64,000 nt of DNA, taken from Camelus ferus (lineage: Eukaryota). A program made the position numbers and the translations under genes. Positions 27,708 through 41,550 of the stretch are shown here, piece after piece. The notes beneath the pieces are model-generated. The model saw only the letters and a list, made by a program, of their open reading frames with translations, searched no databases and was not told the DNA's origin. Positions within the stretch are counted from its first letter, which is position 1. Each line of letters opens with the position of its first letter. Location of the stretch: contig NC_045697.1 in the NCBI RefSeq assembly GCF_009834535.1, forward strand, positions 50,594,001 through 50,658,000, given 5' to 3'.

Positions 27708-27815
27708 CTCCCGGCCGTTCGTGTTCTCCGTCGGTGTGGAGGAGCATGGCAATGGGCATCCCCACATTCTTGGATCTTCCAACCACAACCACGTTTTTCC
27801 CAAATGTTTCAATCC
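27708..27815 (-). CDS. MTHFD2L: MTHFD2L coding exon 5 (108 bp, phase 1-1)
   Basis: Acceptor ctctgtgttttaag and donor G|gtaggt. Translates (G)IETFGKNVVVVGRSKNVGMPIAMLLHTDGEHERPG(G), with the NAD(P)-binding GRSxxVG motif and the MTHFD2/2L-type HERPGG loop. Confidence 0.97.
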
Positions 27816-28945
27816 CTTAAAACACAGAGTTTGATTTAAATGAAGAATAAGCAACAAGAATCAAATTAAACAACAGTCAATTGAAACAATCTTCAAAAAC
27901 TTCTAATTAAATTTGAATTATTGTGTGTCTTGTCTATAATGTTCCCACATTCATTCTTTATAAATATTTCTTTTTATACGTCTTGGATTTGTCACTTCCG
28001 CTCTCATTACATCCTTATTAAAAAACCACAGACATTTTCAAGTTGCCATTAAGTTACTTTTAACTGTTAAAATGCACATGAAGAGTTAGAAATGCAGAGA
28101 ATTAAAATATATGAATTACTGATTATAAAGTAAGCAAATACAACAATGTCGAGCTTAATTGGCAATCAAACTTTGAGTAAATCTGGGACAAAATGACATA
28201 GGGAAAAAAAGTGTTTTTTTCACAAAACTCATGCACTTTACTCCATAGGAGAGAACCACTAAAGTTATAGACTTCGAAAGGTCCAAAAGATAAAACTTAC
28301 AGATTTAACATCCTTTACCTCTTTAGGGCATAATTTCTTCTTAAGTAAAATGAAGAAGTTAGAATTAAGGTTTTTCCAAGTACTAACATTCTAAGAGTAT
28401 GATTCTAGGGTCTGCTTTCCCTTGGAAGTTTTTTCTCTCACTTAGAAAACGGCAGATTAGAAAGGAGGAAATGCTGCCAGAAATGGAAATGACAGTAACG
28501 GAGACTTAAGAACCATCACCTGCCTCTTCGAGGGTCTGTCGGAGCATTACTGTATTTAGACTGCATTTCAAGGGCAAGTGTTTATAATGAAAACCTAGGT
28601 CATCAGAGATGGTTCAAAAGTGTTCAGCACATTTTGTTTTGAAAAGTAAGGAAAAACATAATACATTTTGAAAAATGTACATCAAAATACATTAAATTTA
28701 AAGTTTGAAAGTAGGGAGACAAATGTACTATTTGGAAAATTCACTCCCTAAAGTATAAAACAGCATTCACTTGTAACCTGCCACATGTTCTTCATTTGGT
28801 TTTATTTTATATTATTCTTTGACTTCTATGACTTTATATGTTTCTATAGACTGAAGTTTTATGGCTTATATTCTTTCACTCTTTCCATCAAGGCGATGCA
28901 CAAATCCTCAGTTTGGCACTTAGCACTCATGTTCCGTAGACCAAC

Positions 28946-29098
28946 CTGTTCTTTTGATTATTTCCCAAACAGCACTAGCAGTGGCAGGTATGAGAGAATG
29001 CTGATCAAGGCACAGTCTTCCGATGTTGATAATATGAAATCCATCTACATCTTTTTCAGGGGCAATTCCATTGCATACTGTCCGCTCATCCACATGGT
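28946..29098 (-). CDS. MTHFD2L: MTHFD2L coding exon 4 (153 bp, phase 1-1)
   Basis: Acceptor ttacttacgtttcag and donor G|gttggt. Translates (D)[50 protein letters not shown](G), with the KDVDG motif. Confidence 0.97.
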
Positions 29099-30298
29099 CT
29101 GAAACGTAAGTAAAACTGATGTAATTTTATCATTGTTATCTATTTGAAAACCTGGAAAATTAAATCTGAGCACCTACAGCCAGATCACTTATGGTTCAGC
29201 TTCAGTTAATGTATAAAATCATCCTCTCTCCCCTTTCTTGCCACCAAAATAGTAAGCCAAAGTGCCCTTGACCAATGGCTGTAATTAACCACTATAACAG
29301 TTTATGCAAGTCCAGAACCAGAAGTGGCTGGCCCAGTGAAAGAGAAAAATCTGTGAAATAAAACAATGCCAATGAGATCTGGGAACATCCAGGTGATAAG
29401 TCTTTGCCTCAATAAGATTAGGTATTTAAATCTATGTTTTTCCTATATATTTCCACAAATAGGTTTCTATTGAATATTTCTAGCATTACAGATTAAAAGG
29501 GCTTTGTTACTGTTAAAAATAGTGATAACTTCAGTAATGCCTAGCTTCCTCCCAAATGACATAACAAAAAGCAAATAACACACACATACATGTTATTTTC
29601 CTGAAGCATCAGTACATTGGAATCCAAAATATATGGTTTCCTTTATGAAAGGAAAAGAACATAACGTGAGTAATGAACTAATCAAATGAGATGTGAGATT
29701 CCAATCATCTCATTTTGAAAAGCAGTGAGTATAGAAATATAAAATAGGCTCTTAATACTATTCTGTGCAGAGTAGCTTAGGTTACTGGAAACCCAACAAT
29801 TAACCCATGTGCCTAAAATATTAAAATAAAGGTATTTTTGCTACATAAAAGTTTCTTAATGCATTATTCAATGAACGCCATTTAGACATATTTTTTTAAA
29901 AACATTATCAGAGCCCAAGTTCACATTGTTTTCAAAGGACTATGCCTTATGCCTTAGACCTTTTGCATTCTAAAAGTGCCACTACTGCCATCTCACTTCA
30001 GACAGACCCAGTTCACCATCACTAGACCAGCAAAGTCCTTTATGTACATGAAAGTCATAATATGAATCATATTCAAATAGAAAGTGGGCCTTTGGAATAT
30101 CTCTCCAATGGACAGTTTGTCACTTTCGGTGACTGTATTCATTCTGTGATGTCCTAGCAGAGGAGGCCTCCACCTGTTTTCTCTGAAGTTATAAGATGAT
30201 TGTACAGGTTCTAGTAAAACTTCTTAATTTTTTAGAATTACATATTTAACTTACTATTTGAGGACAAAAACAGTGGTTCCTTTTTTAATCTGGAGGAG

Positions 30299-30304
30299 GA
30301 TGAA

Positions 30305-30341
<37 letters not shown>

Positions 30342-30349
30342 GTGATGAT
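30299..30349. repeat. (GAT)n trinucleotide microsatellite
   Basis: About 12 perfect GAT units plus imperfect flanks. Confidence 0.95.
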
Positions 30350-31224
30350 TCGTTTTTTAGACACCTACCATTCAGGCAGAAGCTTCATGCCATGGACATT
30401 TCTTACAACAACATCAAAAGCTTTGTAAATTAAAAAAGAAATAACTGTAATTGAACTCTCCATTATTGAGCTATGGCTTAAATTATTTTTAAGTTCAAAA
30501 TTGGCTAATGTATATCTGAGCCAACAATAGATGTATGGTTGAAAGAATCCAACAAAGGCTCTTTTGTAGATTTTGAGAGCCATCCTCTTACCAAATAAGC
30601 CTGAGCTATCTGAATTTCGTCATCTACTGGTCTGTGCCGCTTTATTCACTAAAAATAACATCAAGTTGTAATGAATAATTCATCTCATGCAACAGCTGAA
30701 ACAGGAAGAAATGTAAGCATCTGAAAATTTGGAGGCAAGCACTAGAAACTGATAATTACAGACTTGTCCTCTTCTGTACTTCTTAAATTTCAACTCTGAT
30801 CACCATTTTAGAACAAGTTTATCTTAAGCTAATTAAGTAATTTTGTTTCAAAGACAGATGTGTGGATATATAAAAGGTGTGATGTAGAGAACACATGAAA
30901 ATGGATTATTCGTGTGCTGAATATTTAATCTAAAAGGAAAATAACCGATAGTAGTAGGTTAAAAATGTTAAAGATCATGAAAATCAAGGAAACCAATTCA
31001 TATGTGATTTTTATGTAACTGTATTATCTCAGCAGTGGGTTAAATCTCACATATATCATTTGTCAGGAAAGATGTACCTTTTATTATGTAATCTATTATT
31101 CTATTTTATAAATTTATCTATTATATTATGTAAGTGTATGGAGTAATATAAATTAGTATATCTTACATTAAAATAGTGCTTTATAATGTTTATGTTACCA
31201 TCATAGATTTCGCCTTTTATTTTC

Positions 31225-31365
31225 ATAGTTTCTGGGGTAGAAAAGGTATCATCTCCATTTTAAAGATGACACTCAAAGAGTAAGACTCAGCCAATCTCAA
31301 ACTGCTACTAAGAGGAGGGTCCAGATAAAATCCACATCTTTCTGCCCCCAAACGTCTGTATTACA
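31225..31365 (-). mobile_element. MIR fragment
   Basis: atctccattttaaagatgacactcaaagagtaagactcagcc. Confidence 0.5.
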
Positions 31366-33094
31366 TAGAAATCATAAATACTAGTCATCTTAAATACCAC
31401 TCAAACATTAAAATGAGAAAGGGCTCCTATCCCTTCTAATCTAATCTAATTTGATTAAGACAATCCTAAAATACCCCAAGGAATGTACTGTTTCTTCTAG
31501 GCCTCCAAAGACAACAGCATCCCTAGAGTAACTAACACGTGTCTAAACACATGCAAAAAAGCATTAAACATTTCATGCAAATACCACCTTTTGTTGTGTG
31601 AGTAAGAGAAATAAACATATTTCATGATTTTGACTGACTGCTACGGAAAGTCCCCTGATACCTCACTCCTGGGGACCCTGACTTGAAAAGAAAAGACATT
31701 CACAAGACTCAACAGCATTAGTTTTTTCAAAAGGCTTATAAAACATTTTCAATTCATAGAATACGCTGGCAAACAATTAACCACTTAATATCTTACCCAA
31801 ATGAATGGGGAACCTGGCATTATTCACTTTGTGTTTTTCCCATCTACTTAATATTATGAGAAGTCATTAAATCATGCCAGAAAAAGAGTCATCAAATTAA
31901 ATTCATAACACTGCAACAGAACAGCTCAGGGAATACCTTTAGGGACCACACTGTAGAACTCAACACTGAATATTTATTTTTTGTGATTTATTTATTTAAT
32001 TGCCTTCAGATAAGGAACAACAACAACAAAAAAACAAACAAAAATTACTGGTTTATTTCCACCCAAGGATTTTCACATTACTGTTTAAAAGTACCTTCTT
32101 CCACTTCCCCAGTGCTTGTTGGATAAGTGCAAGCTCATCAGCATAGTAAGTCATATGTTCCTTACTTTCTTTTGTCCTCTACTTTCCTCTCTTCCAGTGC
32201 ACCATCTCTTTCCCAACCATCATTATCACACATCGTTAACTCAAGCCACACCAAACTGTACCCAATTCCCAAACCCAAACCCTTAGCATTAATTTTTGCA
32301 TTTCTGGGTTATTGTTCATGATTATTTTTCCATTACCAATTCCTTCCTCCCTGTTCTTTCACATCCTATTTATTCTTTATTATGTTGCTACACTACCAGC
32401 TGCTCCCTCATCACAAATTGAAATGTTTCTTTTCTTCTCTGGTCTCCCACAGAACTGCTATCAAAAGTACTTAGCACATTAGTTCAGTTAGTTGATCCTG
32501 TTAGTTATTTAAGTATCTCTCTCATTTATGATCCTTTTAGGGCACAGATCTTGTCTTATTAAGCTGATTCACCCATAGCCTTCTCTTGGTTGATAGGAAT
32601 TCCATCCTTCTGTTTTATAAGCTAGAAAAACCTGGAGTCATTCTGAAACCTCACTTTCCTTCACAGGCCACATCCAAGCCACTGAAAAATCTGTTGGCTC
32701 TTCCTTCATAAACATCTAGCACTTCACCAGTCTTACCACGGCCACTGATAACACTGGTTTGAGTGGCCATTATCTCTCCTGTGAATTGTCCAGCCTCCTA
32801 AGTAATCCTCTGCCTCTACATTTGCATCCATAGAATCTATTTACAAAATAGCAAGGGTTATATTTGAGAAATGCATATCTGATCACACTACTCTTCTCCT
32901 TAAAATCCTGCTCTTCTTGCTCTTCCTCAGAACTATCAGGCATTTCCCACCTTGGTTATTGCTCTTCTGTCCGCCTGGAGGCTTTTCAAAAAAAAAACTG
33001 CCACTTCGGCTAAATCCCTCTCATCTTTCAAATCTTTGCTTAAATTCCACATTCTCTGTTAAGGACTATTCTGACCACATTATTTAAAAATGTA

Positions 33095-35890
33095 GGCTCC
33101 ATGTCTGATAATGTTAAAGTTGTTTATATTGGACCAAACGTCTCAACAGAAGACAACTGTAAATATTGGGAAAATTATATTAAAACAACCACTGACAACC
33201 CTGGAGAGTTACCAGAAGCAGACAGATTTGGAAGAGGGCAGGGCATCTGAATGGAATGTCACTGAAAGAGTTTCTGATTTGGGAAGAATTTGGATAGAAC
33301 TCTGCAGTTTTACTTGCTTGAGGAATCAAACAATGAAGTTTGGGGCTACGACAGAAGCTGGAAATCAAAGGAGAATATCCAGCAAAAGCAAAAACTGCAG
33401 AAAGGAGACTCAAATTGTTTCTATAAACTCTGTCCAAATCTCTGACTGACCTTTGAACAACACACACAAGAGGCAAATTCCAGGAAGCCCATCTAAGGCT
33501 AACAGAACTAGACAGATTGCAGCTGTGGTTCACCAAGGGCAAAGCAAAGCTTGAAGTTCTCAATATGATAGGCATTCACACACAAAAATTTACAGCTATT
33601 ATACTCAATAATGAAATACTGAACCTTTCCCCCAAGATCAGAAGAAGGCAAGGGTGCCCACTCCCACCATTTCTATTCAGTGTTTTATTGAAGATCCTAG
33701 CTGGTGTAATAAGATAAGGAAAAGAAAAAAGAAACCCAAAGATCAGGAAAAAAAGAAGTAAAACTCTCTAGCCACAGATTGTTGTTCATGCAGAATATTC
33801 TGAAGAATTTACAAAACAATAAAAGAACTAATAAAGTGAATTTAGCAAGATCACAGAGTACAAAGTCAATATATAAAAAAGTCAATTGTATTTCTGTATA
33901 CAAGCAGCAGCTACTAGAAAATGAAATTGTAAAAGTTCTACTTACAATAGCTGACAGATCATAAAATGCTTAGGAGTAAATTTTAAAATTTGGGGGATGA
34001 TACCTATAATGAAAACTACAAAACATTGCTGGCAGATTACCTAAATAAATGGAATGTACACCATATTCATGAATTGGAAGACTCAATAATGTTAAGATAT
34101 CAATTCTTCCAAATTGATCTATAGACTCAATGTTATCTTAAAAATAATCCTATGAGGCTTTTTGGCAGAAGCCAACAAACTGATTCTAAAATTTATATGG
34201 CTATGCAAAGGACTTAGAATATCCAAAGAAATCTTGAAACTGAACAAAGTTAGAGGACTTAGAATACCTGACTTTAAGACTGGCTACAAAGGTACAGTAA
34301 TCAAGACAGTGTGGTATTAGTGTAGGGATAGACAAATAGATCAGTGAAACAGAAGAGAGAGACCAACTTTAGACTAAAACTTACACAATCAGTTTGATTT
34401 TTAACAAAGGTGTTAAAAGCAATTTAATGGGAAAAGGAAAGTCTTTTCAAGAAATAATACTTGAACAACTTGACAGCCATACAGAAAATAACCAAACTGA
34501 GCCACAGTCCCTACTTCAGACTGTGAAGGAGAACATCTGTCACCCCAAAATGTGTTTCTTTGGCATGAGAATTAATTTTTACCTCCCCCTTAGCTGCCTA
34601 AAGAATTTAGATAAAAGACCTGTTCCAGAATAGAGCTGTCACCAGATTCTGCAAAGAATATAGGCTAACTATGTTGGGGGAAACTTTAGACAGAGCCTAG
34701 ACATGAGAGTCCACTCAGTGTCCCATTGTCTCTGCAACGCCCAGCAAGTATTTGTTTACTAAACATTTGCTTTTGCATCTCCAGGTGAGTTGCCTTCTTC
34801 CCCTTTGAGGTCCCAAACAATTACCCCTGACATCCTCTTTTGTCTTTAGCTGAATATGGCATTCAGGTGAGCGTTTCAGCCATTTTGGTGAGTTACTCAG
34901 TTTTCCTGGATCTCTCTCATGTATACATGTTATTAAACTTTTGTTTAATTTTCTTCTGTTAATCTGTCTCATGTCAATTTTATTCTTAGACCAGCCAGAA
35001 GAAGAACTTAGAAGGGTAAAGGAAAACTTCTACCTTCTACCTCCTTGATAGTACCATACAGAAAAATTAATTGGAAATGGTTTATAAGCCTAAGATAAAA
35101 CTGAAGAGTTTCTAGGTGAAAACTTTAATTTATGTGCTAGGTGCAGGCAAAGTTTTCTTAGAAAGAACACAAAAAGCATAAAAAAATGAAAGAGAAAAAT
35201 TGATCAATTAGACTTCAGAAAAATTAAAATTTTATGCTCATGGAAAGACACCATTAAGAAAATGAATAGGCAAGCCAAAGATAGGGAGAAGACATTTGCA
35301 AAACACGTATCTGACAAAGAACATGTGTTGAGATACATAAAGAACTACCAAACCTCAATCACTAACAGATAAATAATTCAGTTTTTTTAAATGAGCTTAA
35401 TACTTAAACAGGCACTTTATAAAGTAAGATATTCAAATGGGCAATATGCTTGTTAAAAAATATCAGAACAGAGAACTTAAGGGTGAGAATGAAAAGTAGC
35501 CAGAGGTTGACTGCGAAGGGTCACAAGGAAACTCTCTCAGCTGAAAAAAAAAATTCTATATTTTGATAAGAATTTAAGTCAAATGAGAATTTGCATTTTT
35601 CAAAACTTATAGAATAGCACACTTACGATGTGTGCATTTCAATGCATGTAAATTTCACATGGAAACAGTGTAATTAATGATATGCACACTGGCGTTTTAG
35701 AGGTACATTACTTGTTCTTTTTTAAACAGCTTTTAAAATTAGATGGATGATTAGATAAATAAATGGATAGATGTAACAAAGCAAATATAGCAACATGTTA
35801 ATTACAGAATCTAAGTTGTGGGCATATGTATGTTCACTGTATCATTCTTTTTTCTGAATGTTTGAAATTTTTCATAATAAAATATTGAGG
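33095..35890 (+). mobile_element. L1M (5' piece, ORF2 RT/C-terminal region, 3' UTR)
   Basis: Peptides RRQGCPLPPFLFSVLLKILA and NLARSQSTKSI; aaaggtacagtaatcaagacagtgtggtattag; ends tttcataataaaatattg. Confidence 0.9.
34522..35050 (+). mobile_element. ERV1 solo LTR (MER34-like) nested in L1
   Basis: Starts tgtgaaggagaacatctgtcaccccaaaatg and is colinear with the LTR at 47477. L1 text resumes at catacagaaaaattaa. The TSD is degenerate. Confidence 0.85.
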
Positions 35891-36459
35891 GGAGAATAAA
35901 AATACAACGTATCCCTGAACATCTGATGCTCTTACCATGCTCTGCTTTTTTTTTTTCACATAGCATATCAACTTCTAATAAATATACAGTAGTTGCTTAT
36001 TTATTATGTTTATTTTTAATTGTCTGTCTCTCCTACTACTCCACAAGGGCAAAAACTTCTTTTTTTCACTGATGTACTCCTAGCACAAAGAACAGTGCCT
36101 GGAAATTGTTGAATAAATTATTACTATTACTGTTGATTTACAGACTGAGAAACAGACAAATGAGTGGACAACTGGAGACAATTAGAATGGTCTTTCTACA
36201 ACCTCTGACATCCCTCTTTTTCAAATATGACAAAAAACCAAAGATGGCTTTCATTAAAGTCTTGATTTGCTGCATCTACAATATTAGATATTTGGTACTT
36301 TTTATCCTCCAATATATATTTAAAGTAAAGATTCATGTTTGTTTGTTTATCATTTATTTCTTCCTTTCAGGACTTGAAAAATCAGAAATCTCAGGCAAAG
36401 CTTTATGCTTATACATTAAAGCCCACACTCTGAATAAGTGTAGATAAGGTCCCTGAAAA

Positions 36460-36612
36460 TTCACTCATTTATTCATTCAAGAGATATTTATATATTTATA
36501 ATACATATTTATTGAGTGTCTACCATGTGCCTGGCACTGTTCCAAGGGTTTAGGAAAAATAAGCGAACCGAACAGGTAAACCTCCTACCCTCTGGAGCTT
36601 ACATTCTAAAGA
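36460..36612 (-). mobile_element. L2 3' end
   Basis: attcattcaa...atttattgagtgtctaccatgtgcctggcactgttc...ctctggagcttacattcta. Confidence 0.85.
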
Positions 36613-37268
36613 AATAAAGGTCTGCCTTTATTTAGCTGTAGTCTCTCAATTAGTTAATTATTTACTAGAAGTAAATGAGAGATATGCTTTTGGAAACTAT
36701 GTTCACTGTTCTCAAACCAATAAATAATATTTAAGTTACACCCTCTGGGTTCTACATGAATGTTTTCTGACAGAAAATACTTAGAAGGTGCTTACCACTT
36801 GCCTAATATCATTTAAGAATTATTTCATCATCAAGGGGTGAGAGGACAAAAAGGGAATATGAAGTGACTACTCTCACTGTATCACTCCACCCCCACATCT
36901 GAGAAAACAGCAGAGCCTGGAGGTGGAGCTGGAGGTGTCCGCTGGGCCAGAAAGGTGTGGCCCTGGCCCTCCACCTTTCCTTACCTCTTTCTCCTATAAA
37001 GCCACAGAAATGATACAGGACATCCCCAGTCAGGCTTGAAGACACTCTGGTTTATTAAGCTGTTGGTTTCCTAGACTGTATACACAGTGGCTTCTGTCAA
37101 ATACATTGTACTGCACTCGAAGCAGTGTCTATTCCAGAGGAAAATAGGTAAGTGAGCATGTCTGATGAGCTTCTTTTATACATAGGGAAGAGATGCTGTG
37201 TTTTAGGGACTTTGCAAACTTCTCAAGGCCAGTTAGTCGCAAATTGTTTTCTAACTAACCTTTCCCCC

Positions 37269-37738
37269 TGTCGACTGAAATAAATGCACAGCCTGAAAGT
37301 GGAGAGTTATGTTTTATTTGCTGGGAGGACTCAAGCTGGGAGGACTCGAGCTGGGAGGATAGCCTCTCAGATCGCTCCGAAGAGTTAGGGGAGGAGCTAG
37401 GATATATAGAAGCTTTACAACAAAGACCAGGTAGTTGGAACAATAAAAGTTTACTTGTTACCTGGCATCTCAAGTTAAAGAATTTAGTACTTTTCTATGT
37501 ACGGGAAGAGGCAAACATTTGGGCTCATTGAATTCATTCCTTTGACAAGCATCTAGCTATCTAGGGCCAGTATCCTGTCCTTTCTTATTCTGAGTGCCCT
37601 CAGAGTGCACCATTGTGAGTGGCTGCAGAAGCCAGGCTGCAGGCTTGTCTTCACTGCGGGGTGGCGGCAGCCGCTGATGACTTGATGGCTTCAGCATTCT
37701 TTGTTTACTGATATGGTTTGCAGTATTTTTCGTTCACA
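37269..37738 (-). mobile_element. ERV1-class solo LTR (470 bp), sense to MTHFD2L
   Basis: TG...CA ends flanked by C5 on both sides. Minus-strand AATAAA (tttatt near 37314) then ...cagtcgaca. Three copies of GCTGGGAGGA in a 15-bp period. Related to the LTR at 45264. Confidence 0.88.
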
Positions 37739-38895
37739 CCCCCTAGTGACTATCAGAGACTCATATATAGATTGGACTCTAGGTAAAAATTTTTTCAACT
37801 GGTAAATGAACAAAGAGGGTCGGAGAGCAATCATATAAATAGATTTCTTGACAAACTTTCTACAAAGAAATATCCAAATGTTTCAAAGGACTTTCTGATT
37901 TTGGTAAATTCTTTAGCAAAGCCAAATGCACTCAAAAATAGGTATCATGATGAAGGAAAAATAAAAAATATGAAAAAGGAAAGAGGTAACTATTGTTGTC
38001 CTGAGAAATTCTGGATTTTGAAGATACTTTGAGAAGTAAATTATCTCAAGTTACATGATATAACCTGTTTATGATAGCAGCTGCTCAAAAAGACATAAGT
38101 CTATAGATCTGAGTGACTGAAATAACTCTTGGGGTGGTTTGCACCTGGGAGTGAATAGGGAGAGACATACGTGCCTACAGAGACCAACCAATCCCACTAA
38201 TATGTAAGTCTTATAAAACTGATTTACTCAGCTTCCAGTATAAACCATTAACATTTTGAAAAATCACTGCTTGCTCTATGCCGCCATCATGTGGTTATCA
38301 TAAGCCACGTGCAGGAGAATAGTCTTCCATTTTATTGACCCTACATGCGAATTCTTTCGTAAAAACGTTAAAAATCAGAAATTTTTTTAAGTAGATAAAG
38401 GATATCATGGGGCTGGCTTTGTTTCTATGTTAACACTTAAATCATGTCAGAAAGGATTTGAACAAAATAGTGTTTGGAATCTGGCCATTTTTCTTTGAAT
38501 AAACCTTAACGACATAAATTGGTTGATTCATAAGTCATGGTTTATGACACAATCTCAGTACTATTCCAAGCACAATACAACTTAAAATAATTAATTAGTT
38601 ATTTTTAATAATAAGCTGAGTGCATGCAAATCCACCACCCCAAACAAAAGTTATGGCCTTGACAGTAATCTATTCATATAGATTAATCATATTTTTCACC
38701 CACTAAGTCATCCCATTTACTGCTCCTGCCTGCAGTAAACATCCTGTGCCTGCCATTCCCTCAGCTTCCTTTCCATATTGTTTTATTGCATTTATTTGTA
38801 TTTCTAATAGATTTGTTTTTTTAAACAATTTCATTTAAGAATATTTGAATAGAACAGACTGCACATATTTAAAGTGTACAATTTGATAAGCTGTG

Positions 38896-38921
38896 ATATA
38901 TATATATATATATATATATAT
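38896..38921. repeat. (AT)n microsatellite
   Basis: About 13 perfect units. Confidence 0.95.
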
Positions 38922-39034
38922 GAAACCATCACCCCAGTCAAGATAATGAACACATACACCACCCTGAAAAGTTTCCACATGCCTCTTTTCCTCATCCCTT
39001 CCTGTCCCCTCACCTTCAACCACCTATAAACACT

Positions 39035-39371
39035 TGCTATGGGCTGAATTGTGTCCCCTCTACAAATTCATGTGTTGAAGCCCAACCCTTAATGTAACGG
39101 TGTGTAATTAGGTTTACATGAAATCTTCATGGTCGGCCCCTCATGATGGGATTAGTGCCCTTATAAGAAGAGACACCAGAGAGCTTCCTCTTTCTCTGTC
39201 ATGTGAGAAGGAGGGAGTCATCTGAAAGGCAGGAGAGCTCTCACCAAAACCTGACTCTTCTGGCACCCTGATCTCAGACTTCGAGCATTCAGAACTGTGA
39301 GAAAATAAAGTTCTGTTATTTAAGGCACCTAGTCTATGATATTTTTTTATGCAGCCCAAGCCGACTAATAG
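39035..39371 (+). mobile_element. MLT1A-like MaLR solo LTR nested in L1
   Basis: tgctatgggctgaattgtgtcccc...gggattagtgcccttataagaagagac...cagaactgtgagaaaataaa. 5-bp TSD ACACT/CCACT. Confidence 0.9.
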
Positions 39372-41262
39372 CCACTGATTTGCTTCCTGTCACTATATGT
39401 TAGTTTGCAGTACATAGAATTTTATATAAATAGAACCATAGAGTATGTACTTTCACTTGTCTGGATAATTTCACTCAGCATAATTATTTTGATATTCACC
39501 CATGCTGGAGTGTGCATCAATATTTAATTCCTTTTTATTGCTGAGTAATATCCCACTGTATAGATTATACCACATTTATATCTATTCACCTGTTGATGAA
39601 CATTTGAGTTATTTCCAGCTTTTGACCGTTAAAAAAATGCTTCTATGAACATGCATATACAAGTCTTTGTGTTAACAAATACATCTTTTTTTCTTTAGGT
39701 AAATACAGAGACATGAAATAGATGGACAATTATACATACATACATGTAAATTTTTAAGACACTGCCAATCTTTTTTCAAAGTATACCATGTTGCATTCCC
39801 ACCAACAACACATCCTCATCAATACATGGTAAGGTCAGTTATCTTTCTAGTATCAGCCATTCTAATAGGTGTGTAGTAGTATCTTATTACAGTTTCCATT
39901 TGAATTTCCCTAATGACTACTGATGTTGAGTATCTACTTATGTGCTTATGTATCATTTGTATTTCTTCTTTGGTGAAGTGACTGTTCATATCTTTTGACC
40001 ATTTTCAGTATTTACCCTGTTTGGTGTTGATTTGGTGTGTGCCATTAATTTTGGACAGTTTTAGCTACTATTACTTCAAATATTTCTTCTGCCCTGTTCT
40101 CTCTTCTCCTGATATTCCAATCATCTGTATGTCCCACCTTTTGAAAATGTCCTATAGTTCTTAGATGGTCTTTTCTGCATTTTTTTTCTTTCTTTCTTTT
40201 TTCTCTCTGCATTGCAATTTGAGAAGTTTCTATTGGCATATTCTCAAGCTTACTGATTATTTCCAGTCTACAACTGAGCTACAACAAAGCATTCTTCATT
40301 GCTGTTAGAGTGTTTTTGATTTCAGCATTTCTTTTTGAATCTTTCTTAGAGTTTCCATCTCTCTTTCATTACCCGTATGTCCTTGCATATTGCCCACTTT
40401 TTCCACCAGAGCCTTTAACATGTTAATCACAGTTATTTTAAATTCCCAATAACTCCAAAATCTGTGTCATATGTGAATCTGTTTCTAATGGGGTTTTTGT
40501 CTCTTTAGACTGCTTTTCTTTGTCTTTTGGCATGCTTTGTGATTTTTTTTGGGGGGGGGAAGCCACATCTAAGACAATGGCCCCTAGGAGTTTCTCTCAT
40601 GCTAATACACATTAATCTCCAGAAAGTCATCAAAATTACGTTCAAGTATTCCAATCAGTTTATGGCTCCAGAATCTTGTTACAGGTAAATAGACCTTGGT
40701 TGTAACTGGATTTGCCTGTCTCTCCAGATTTTGGGATAGTGGTTTGCCCTGCAACTTCAGTTTTCTGATGGGTCAAGAAAAGTATTGATTTTCAGTTTGT
40801 CCAGCATTTTCTTGTTATAAGGACAAGAGTATTTATGTTGTTCTGGCTAGAGTTGGGCTTTGTTTAATTGGGTTGTTTTTATTTTCTTGATATTGATTTT
40901 TGATAGCTCTTTATATATTCTGCAAATATATGTTAGCAAATATATGCTTTGCAAATATTTTCTTCTAGTCTGTCTTTTTTTATTCTTTTAATATTTTTTG
41001 AAAAGCAGAAGTTTTGCATTTTGATGAAATCTAATTTATCAAGTTCTTGTTTCATATTCCTATGCAATCCAATTGCAACAGCCCCCATTTATTGAAAAGC
41101 ACATCCTTTCTGCACTAATTTATCTTTCCACCATTTTCAAAAACCAATTGTTGATATAGGTATAGATCTATTTCTGGATTTTAAATTTTCTTCCATTCAT
41201 CTGTTTTCCTATTTATTCCAGTACCACTCTGTCTTAATTACTGTAGCTTTATAATTAGTCTT

Positions 41263-41550
41263 TGAAAAATTTTAATTGAGGTATAACTGACATATAGTTT
41301 AGTTTCAGGTGTACAACATAATGATTCATTATTTGCATATATTACAAAATAATCACCACAATAAGTTAACATCCCTCCAATACACAGTCAAAATTTTTTT
41401 TCTTATGATGAGGACTTTTAAGGTGTATTCTCTCAGCAACTTTCAAATATGCAATACAGTATTATTAACTTTAGTCACCGTGCCATATATTACATCCCCA
41501 TGACTTATTTTATATCTGGAAGTTTGTTGCTTTTGATTTTAAGACATTTG
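41263..41550 (-). mobile_element. Younger L1 3' end (L1MA9-like) nested in older L1
   Basis: ttttaattgaggtataactgacata...agtttcaggtgtacaacataatgattc. Flanking direct repeat ATTAGTCTT at 41254-41262 and 41551-41559. Confidence 0.8.

Larger units (their letters stand above)
32600..36120 (+). mobile_element. L2 (about 32600-33090 and 35890-36120) interrupted by L1
   Basis: aaaacctggagtcattctg...cacatccaa...ctgaccacattatttaaaa resumes after the L1 and ends aacagtgcctggaaattgttgaataaat. Confidence 0.7.

Noticed and set aside
37320..37362. Regularly spaced short direct repeats, superficially CRISPR-like
   Set aside because: A 15-bp tandem triplication inside an LTR in mammalian DNA, with no unique spacers or cas genes.
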